A DNA stretch of 22,540 nucleotides, taken from assembly GCA_963809895.1 (NCBI GenBank), contig CAWELD010000008.1, positions 1-22,540 of the forward strand, given 5' to 3'. The notes below the pieces were generated by a model. The model was given only the letters and a program-made list of their open reading frames with translations. It had not been told where the DNA came from and searched no databases. Position 1 is the stretch's first letter. Each line of letters starts with the position of its first letter. The stretch comes from an uncultured Gemmatimonadales bacterium (GTDB taxonomy: Bacteria; Gemmatimonadota; Gemmatimonadetes; Longimicrobiales; Gaopeijiaceae). Below, piece by piece: positions 17,633 to 22,540 of this stretch. Both the position numbers and the translations under genes were made by a program.

Positions 17633-17745
17633 GCGCCTGCGCCCCTCCCGGCCTCGAAAAGAGCGGTAGACATATCAGGCGAGACGCAACACGCAGCAGA
17701 CCCCGTCGGACCGGCCTCATTCGGCGCCTCATGCACATTTGTGCC

Positions 17746-18675
17746 TCACCCGCTCAACGTACGCGATGATACTACCAACAATCTAATCTCCCAACCTCTG
17801 AAGTCAGCACCAAACGCCGCGATATCACGCAGCAACTGGATGCTCGCTGCATCGGAGGCAGTTGCTTCCCTTTGCAGCACCAAGGCACCAGGAATGCCCA
17901 TCCGTTGTCTTTCACGTGAACACCTCGCCAACTCCCCCTCCGAAAAGGTCGTGGACAGAAGTGTGTTGACGAGACAACTATGACCCAAGCCAAGTACATG
18001 CAGTAGTTCGTGAGCCACGACGTCGGATCGCACGGTACCAATAGTCACTTCGATCTGACTGGGGGAGTAAAAGGTACAATGTGCGCGCCAGGGTTGACAC
18101 CCGGACGCTGGAGAGGTCTTTCCCAGAGCGTCGCCAAGAGGGCCCTCTCTAACCTCCACACGGAACCGTACGTCGGTGTGAAAACGCCCGCAATCTGTGA
18201 CAAAAAGCCCCCTTCCGCCCAGGGTATCAAGCTGCCTAACCGCTCCCGAGACAGCCAACGCAATAGCACTTCCGCACGGTGCGTCGACCGCCAGGGCGAT
18301 GGGGAATTGATCGAAGCTCGGGAACCCTGCCCGAATCCAACGATTCAGTTGTCCCGCCAATAGGAGGTCAGTCTGCACAGCCGCACCTCGAAAGGCCCCT
18401 TCTCGCACGTGAACGTTCGCAGGCAACAACAGCCAAGCTACGCTGTCCCGCCCGGCGGAGTCCACGATCTCAGAATCCACCACGATCCGCACCATCCCTT
18501 TGCGGGTCGCAACCGTCGGCGTCCGCGCGTCAGACGCAAACACCGTGTCCTCATGCGTGAGAATGACCACCGGCACCCCCACGGCCTCCTCCATCCACAA
18601 TGCTACAGATCCGTCAGTGGGGGGGGCAGCACATGATGACAGGATCAACGCCGAGAACAATACGCTCCGGATCAT
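17746..18675 (-). CDS. metzincin (matrixin/M10-like) zinc metalloprotease lipoprotein
   Basis: ATG 18675: MIRSVLFSALILSS|C lipobox; HELLHVLGLGH (HExxHxxGxxH) at 17980-18012; C-terminal helix ATASDAASIQLL. Confidence 0.78.
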   Translation of the reverse strand: MIRSVLFSALILSSCAAPPTDGSVALWMEEAVGVPVVILTHEDTVFASDARTPTVATRKGMVRIVVDSEIVDSAGRDSVAWLLLPANVHVREGAFRGAAVQTDLLLAGQLNRWIRAGFPSFDQFPIALAVDAPCGSAIALAVSGAVRQLDTLGGRGLFVTDCGRFHTDVRFRVEVREGPLGDALGKTSPASGCQPWRAHCTFYSPSQIEVTIGTVRSDVVAHELLHVLGLGHSCLVNTLLSTTFSEGELARCSRERQRMGIPGALVLQREATASDAASIQLLRDIAAFGADFRGWEIRLLVVSSRTLSG

Positions 18676-18685
18676 GTGCAGCGTC

Positions 18686-19576
18686 TCATCCCGACGGCGT
18701 AAGCGTGTCACCATTCTCCCATTCGTAGAGAACCAACTCGGCGTGGGCACCTCCAATCATCCCTAGCAATCGCCGAGAAGTGACTTCGGCACTGGTCAGG
18801 AAGACTGGAACAGATAGAGCTTTGTCGCGGGACACAGATCCTGACCGCGCTATGTGCCTTAGGATACGTCTATCAGAACGCGTGTCAGCGAGTACCTGAA
18901 GATAGGAGTCTCCCAGATCCAGCCACGGGCCCGAGATCCAACGAGAGTCCATGCTCACTTCCCCTTCAATCTCAGATCGATCCGGCAGGCGAAGAGGGAT
19001 CAATTCCAATGAATCTGCGACAGTCTCGACTTCCACCGGGGGGAACCTGGGAGCGGAGAGGGTCAAGAGAATCCGCGCAGGTCCTGCGTGCTCAAGATAG
19101 GCCCTCACACCGGACGGCAGCTGGACCGGACGGCCAACTTGAGCACAGCCTCCGACGCGACTCAGAACCAGCTGAAGAACGTCTGAACTCTCGACCAACA
19201 GAAGCGTGCGTAAAGTGTCGCGCGTGGCGATCGCGGCCACGATCCGGTTACCGCGCCCGCAAGCATCGCTTCGCACAAGACTCACAGCCGCAGCATCGCT
19301 GATCGGCTGAATCGGCACCCCGACGACCTCCATCCAGTCCTCAGCCGTGCCCACGTCACGACGCCACGTCCGTTCCGAATCCCAGATCCAAATCTCTGAT
19401 CGGTGCACGAATCCATCGATGGGCAGGGCTGAATCAGGCGGTTCGCCGGCCCACACCTCCTGCAAGGCGAGAGCACTCAGCCGATCGGCGTCACTCGGAG
19501 TGTCGAAGCGAGTACATCCCTGTATGCCAGCGGAAACCAGCATTGCCAAGCCTACGACCAAGATACGACTCTTCAT
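18686..19576 (-). CDS. predicted lipoprotein, probable divergent beta-propeller
   Basis: MKSRILVVGLAMLVSAGIQG|C; beta-strand-rich (EIWIWDS, YLQVLAD, ELVLYEW terminus); start overlaps upstream stop (ATGA at 19573-19576). Confidence 0.7.
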   Translation of the reverse strand: MKSRILVVGLAMLVSAGIQGCTRFDTPSDADRLSALALQEVWAGEPPDSALPIDGFVHRSEIWIWDSERTWRRDVGTAEDWMEVVGVPIQPISDAAAVSLVRSDACGRGNRIVAAIATRDTLRTLLLVESSDVLQLVLSRVGGCAQVGRPVQLPSGVRAYLEHAGPARILLTLSAPRFPPVEVETVADSLELIPLRLPDRSEIEGEVSMDSRWISGPWLDLGDSYLQVLADTRSDRRILRHIARSGSVSRDKALSVPVFLTSAEVTSRRLLGMIGGAHAELVLYEWENGDTLTPSG

Positions 19577-20796
19577 CGATGGGGCGTTTCCGAAAGGTCA
19601 AAGCGCCTCAGCTGAGGTTCCCCGGTGGACCCTGTAGTGACTGCCCAAACCGACCTCCCGGCCGAAGCAAGGATCCTGGCCGAAGGAGGAAGGTCCACAG
19701 AGGCTTCCACCTCTTGCGTCTCCCTCGAAACGAAGTCCCATTCTGTTGGCACCAGAAAGCGCTCCCGCCTCAGCCAGACACCCCCTTTTGTAGGCACGAT
19801 GGCACTCACCGGTGGGACGGCGGACGGGAGCCACTGAGCTTCGAGGTACGCATCCTCGGTGAAGATCGGAATACCATCCTGGGCCTTCGCCCATTCGCGG
19901 TAGGCCCCTCGAATCGAGTCGAGCACCAAGTCAACAGGCTTCGGCGAGAAGGGGATTGCAGCCGAAGCGACGGGCGTCCCTGTCGAGTCAACCCAGTTGA
20001 CTCGGAACTTTGCCTCCCCGGGGATAGGACGTGGCTCCACGAACACGACTTCACGCGTCTGGTCGCTCGGAACGACCTCCGCCAAGGGCGTCACTGGAAG
20101 CAGCTGGGGGCTCAGGACTGGCCAAGGGCTGCCGTCGCTCCGCTCGATAGCAGCCGTGACCGGTGCGCCAAGAGCCAGCTCTCTCTCAATCATCGGGCCC
20201 GAATCGACAAGAATCGTCAGCGGCCATGTGTCCAATGGGTGAGAGATCTCACCCGACGAGGCGCGGGGTACTCCCAGGTAGCGTCCCCTTGCGAAGGGAA
20301 GCCCACCCGCAATTCGCCAGGGCGTCCAGCCGATTGGGCCCTCTTCAAACGCCTTGGTCCCGACCACACTTCCGTCGGTTGTGAACCACGTCACTCGCCG
20401 TAGCGCCGTATCGAAGACCCAGACACGTCCAGCCATCAACCCAATCCGCTCGACCCGCCGGAACTCACCGGGGCCATCCCCTGGTCTCCCCCAAGTGGCA
20501 AGAACGTCCCCGTCTGGCCCAACCACAACAACAGACGACAGAAGGCGGTCCACGACATATACGGTCGAGTCACGAGGGTCGACGACCGCGTACTCGGGAT
20601 CACCAAAAGACGCGACTGAAGTCCATCGCTCAATAAGGTGGCGCGTTACTCCCCTGCTCTCAGACAGATCGCTTGCCGGGGAGCAGGAGAGCAACGCACC
20701 CACCTGGATGAAAAGCAGACTCCACAAGGTCCTTGTTCTGCCCTGCATCGGCCTCCAACAATCAAACAAAAGACGCCTACCTTGCGTGGTTTTCAC
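19573..20796 (-). CDS. six-bladed beta-propeller (NHL-like) lipoprotein
   Basis: LLS|C lipobox; VYVVDR, WGRPGDGPGEFRRV, RVWVFDTALRRVTWFTTDG, GGVWLRRE, VWAVTTGSTGEPQLRRFDL. Start may be ATG 20748. Confidence 0.85.
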   Translation of the reverse strand: MKTTQGRRLLFDCWRPMQGRTRTLWSLLFIQVGALLSCSPASDLSESRGVTRHLIERWTSVASFGDPEYAVVDPRDSTVYVVDRLLSSVVVVGPDGDVLATWGRPGDGPGEFRRVERIGLMAGRVWVFDTALRRVTWFTTDGSVVGTKAFEEGPIGWTPWRIAGGLPFARGRYLGVPRASSGEISHPLDTWPLTILVDSGPMIERELALGAPVTAAIERSDGSPWPVLSPQLLPVTPLAEVVPSDQTREVVFVEPRPIPGEAKFRVNWVDSTGTPVASAAIPFSPKPVDLVLDSIRGAYREWAKAQDGIPIFTEDAYLEAQWLPSAVPPVSAIVPTKGGVWLRRERFLVPTEWDFVSRETQEVEASVDLPPSARILASAGRSVWAVTTGSTGEPQLRRFDLSETPHR

Positions 20797-20810
20797 GGGC
20801 GCAGGCCCGC

Positions 20811-21224
20811 CTAACGGATGACAATGGACTTGATACGCCGCCGCTCTTCCACGCTTACTTCGGTGACCTGAATCCGACTTCCGTCGCAGAGTGTCACCGA
20901 CCGCGCCTCGGGGGACTGCTCGTCACGGTAGGTTGCGACTTGCGCCTCGGGGACGATCTGACCTGACATCCGCAGCGCCATTGGCCCGGACTCGCAGACC
21001 TCGCCGGACGGCGCACAGAAGGGGTCTCCCGTAGGTCCATAGTCTTGGCCGCACTCGGTAGACCCGAACTTGCCTTCCACCTGTCCGGCACAGACGGTCC
21101 CACCGAACGCGAAATCGCACGTCCAACACTGCGCTGACGCCTGGGAAGGGGTGATAAGGAGCAGCGACGCAACCATTGATGCGCACACAGCGAGGAGCGA
21201 GAGGATCGTTCGAACAGAAGTCAT
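20811..21224 (-). CDS. small secreted cysteine-rich protein (137 aa)
   Basis: GAGGAGG 7 nt before ATG 21224; Sec signal ending ASA|Q; mature N-terminus C-x2-C-x8-C-x12-C-x11-C-x6-C, then a ~60-aa C-terminal part with one Cys. Confidence 0.85.
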   Translation of the reverse strand: MTSVRTILSLLAVCASMVASLLLITPSQASAQCWTCDFAFGGTVCAGQVEGKFGSTECGQDYGPTGDPFCAPSGEVCESGPMALRMSGQIVPEAQVATYRDEQSPEARSVTLCDGSRIQVTEVSVEERRRIKSIVIR

Positions 21225-21413
21225 CGTGCAACCTCCTCTGAAAGAAAGGTACTGCGGAACCATCAGTGGAACGATACAGGCATTGCAGAGATCGCACCAT
21301 GACAGCAATCGTGATCCGTGGCCATTTCCTGACACTAGTCCAGTGTGCGTTCTCGAAAAGATGTCGCATGCGCTCTCTAAACTTTGTCGCATGCGGGGGG
21401 CGAGCGTCGGGGC

Positions 21414-22216
21414 CTACGCGGCCCCGGTTTTCTGAGCGGGTTCCTCCTCTCTCTTGAGGTGACGGGTGCGGTAGGACGAGCCGCGGAGCGCGAAGTGGGT
21501 GCCGCGCTCCAGGACGCGGTCCAGGATGGCTTCGGCGAGGTCTCCATCGTGGAGGACCTGGCCCAGCGCAGCCAGGGGTTTGTTGGTCGTGAAGACCATG
21601 GGCTGGCCGTGGAGGTAGCGGTCGTTGACGACGCGGTAGAGGACGTTCGCGGCGTCGGCGGCGTAGCTCTGGTAGCCGAGCTCGTCGATGACGAGGACGT
21701 GCGGGTGGACGTAGGGCTCCAGGGCTTCAGCGTCGAGCCGGTCCTCGGCGGCGGCCCGCGAGAGGTCGCCGATGAGCTCGTCGGCCGTGGTGAAGCGGGC
21801 GTCGAAGCCGTTCTGGATGGCCCGGTAGGCCAGGGCCACAGCCAGATGCGTCTTCCCGCGGCCGGGCGGGCCGCTGAAGATGGCCGAAACGTCCCTCGGT
21901 GACGAACTCAGGCCCCAGGAAGCTGCCGAGCATCTTGAGGCGGATCGAGCTCTGGAAGGTGAAGTCGAACTCCTCGACGGCCTGAAGGAACGGGAAGCGG
22001 GCCTTGCGGACCGAGCGCATGATACGGGTCTGGGCCCGGTGCGCGATCTCCTCCGACAATGAGGATTTCGAGGTAGGTGCGGTAGCTCATCTGCTCCTCC
22101 TCGGCCCGGACGGCCAGCTCGGCGAAGAGCCGCCGGACCGTGGGCAGATGGAGCCGCTTGAGCATGCCGTCGAGATCGGCGGCCGGCATGGGCGAGACCG
22201 CAGGCCGGGCGCTCAT
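21414..22216 (-). CDS. istB: IS21 helper ATPase IstB, frameshifted
   Basis: Three frames: LKRLHLPTVRR...SYRTYLEIL / EEIAHRAQTRI...KARFP...EEFDFTFQ / GPPGRGKTHLAVAL, VLVIDELGY, FTTNK, AILDRVL, LRGSSYR. Confidence 0.92.
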
Positions 22217-22540
22217 GAGACCTTGCTCCCGGGCGGCGAGTTCGACGACGTACTCGGAGCCGTAGAGGCTGCTGGAAGAGGGCCCGCTGCAGGAGCCGCA
22301 GGAACGTGGGCTCGCCCAGCTCCTCCAGGAGCATGAACAGCCGCTCGACGTCGCCCTTCCAGGTCCGGGGCCGGGCATGGATGGGCTCGGTCAGGTAGCT
22401 CTCGCCCACGGGACCGAGTTCCAGGATCCGCTCCCGCATGAAGTAGAGCCGCTTGCGGGCTCCGGCGACGGCCGCCAGCTGCTCGGCCCGCTGGCCTGCC
22501 AGGTAGCTGGTCCGGCCGAACTCCGGGAAGCGCGGATGCG
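22213..22540 (-). CDS. istA: IS21 transposase IstA, C-terminal part, frameshifted
   Basis: RKRLYFMRERILELGPVGESYLTE...WKGDVERLFMLLEELGE...ALFQQ / YGSEYV; directly upstream of istB with probable ATGA overlap at 22213-22216. Confidence 0.75.
   Translation of the reverse strand, partial: ASALPGVRPDQLPGRPAGRAAGGRRRSPQAALLHAGADPGTRSRGRELPDRAHPCPAPDLEGRRRAAVHAPGGAGRAHVPAAPAAGPLPAASTAPSTSSNSPPGSKVS

Larger units (their letters stand above)
21344..22540 (-). mobile_element. IS21-family element (right part; continues beyond window)
   Basis: istA-istB tandem; terminus TG at 21344 followed by two 23-bp tandem repeats TGCGTTCTCGAAAAGATGTCGCA (21346-21368) and TGCGCTCTCTAAACTTTGTCGCA (21369-21391), as expected for IS21 ends. 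Confidence 0.92.

Noticed and set aside
21225..21392. Cys-containing upstream extension of the small secreted protein
   Set aside because: Runs into the IS21 end; the strong RBS and signal peptide place the start at 21224.
21346..21395. Tandem 23-bp repeats as a CRISPR-like array
   Set aside because: No spacers; they are the normal subterminal transposase-binding repeats of IS21.
21414..22439. Apparent IstA-IstB fusion ORF or programmed frameshift
   Set aside because: Several independent indels in both genes and no clear slippery site; error or decay is the simpler explanation.
16485..22540. Composite transposon carrying the peptide operon
   Set aside because: The flanking elements belong to different families (IS630, IS21), and IS630 has its own TA duplication, so they are independent insertions.

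Overview
High-GC bacterial window whose gene content (Oar-type TonB-dependent receptor, plug-only carboxypeptidase-regulatory-domain protein, several six-bladed beta-propellers, ADOP-type permease) suggests Gemmatimonadota or a similar lineage (inference). 1-14437 is host-like backbone: a frameshifted ABC permease, AAA_14/DUF4143 ATPase, TBDR, envelope and secreted proteins, and a small membrane protein + sodium:solute symporter + M20 amidohydrolase operon. 14440-17632 is a scrambled zone containing a beta-propeller remnant, a possible yaiI-like 5' stub, the 3' part of lepB, a 5'-truncated IS1380 whose right end abuts the 5' stub of an oppositely oriented IS1380, and an intact IS630. 17746-21224 is a tightly packed minus-strand operon, visibly lower in GC, bounded by IS630 and IS21. 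It encodes a small secreted six-Cys protein, two predicted lipoproteins (at least one a beta-propeller) and a metzincin lipoprotein, and is the best candidate for an undescribed secreted-peptide system. 21344-22540 is an IS21 element (istB, partial istA). Clustered small indels at both window ends and at 14440-15075 may be long-read errors rather than true pseudogenes.
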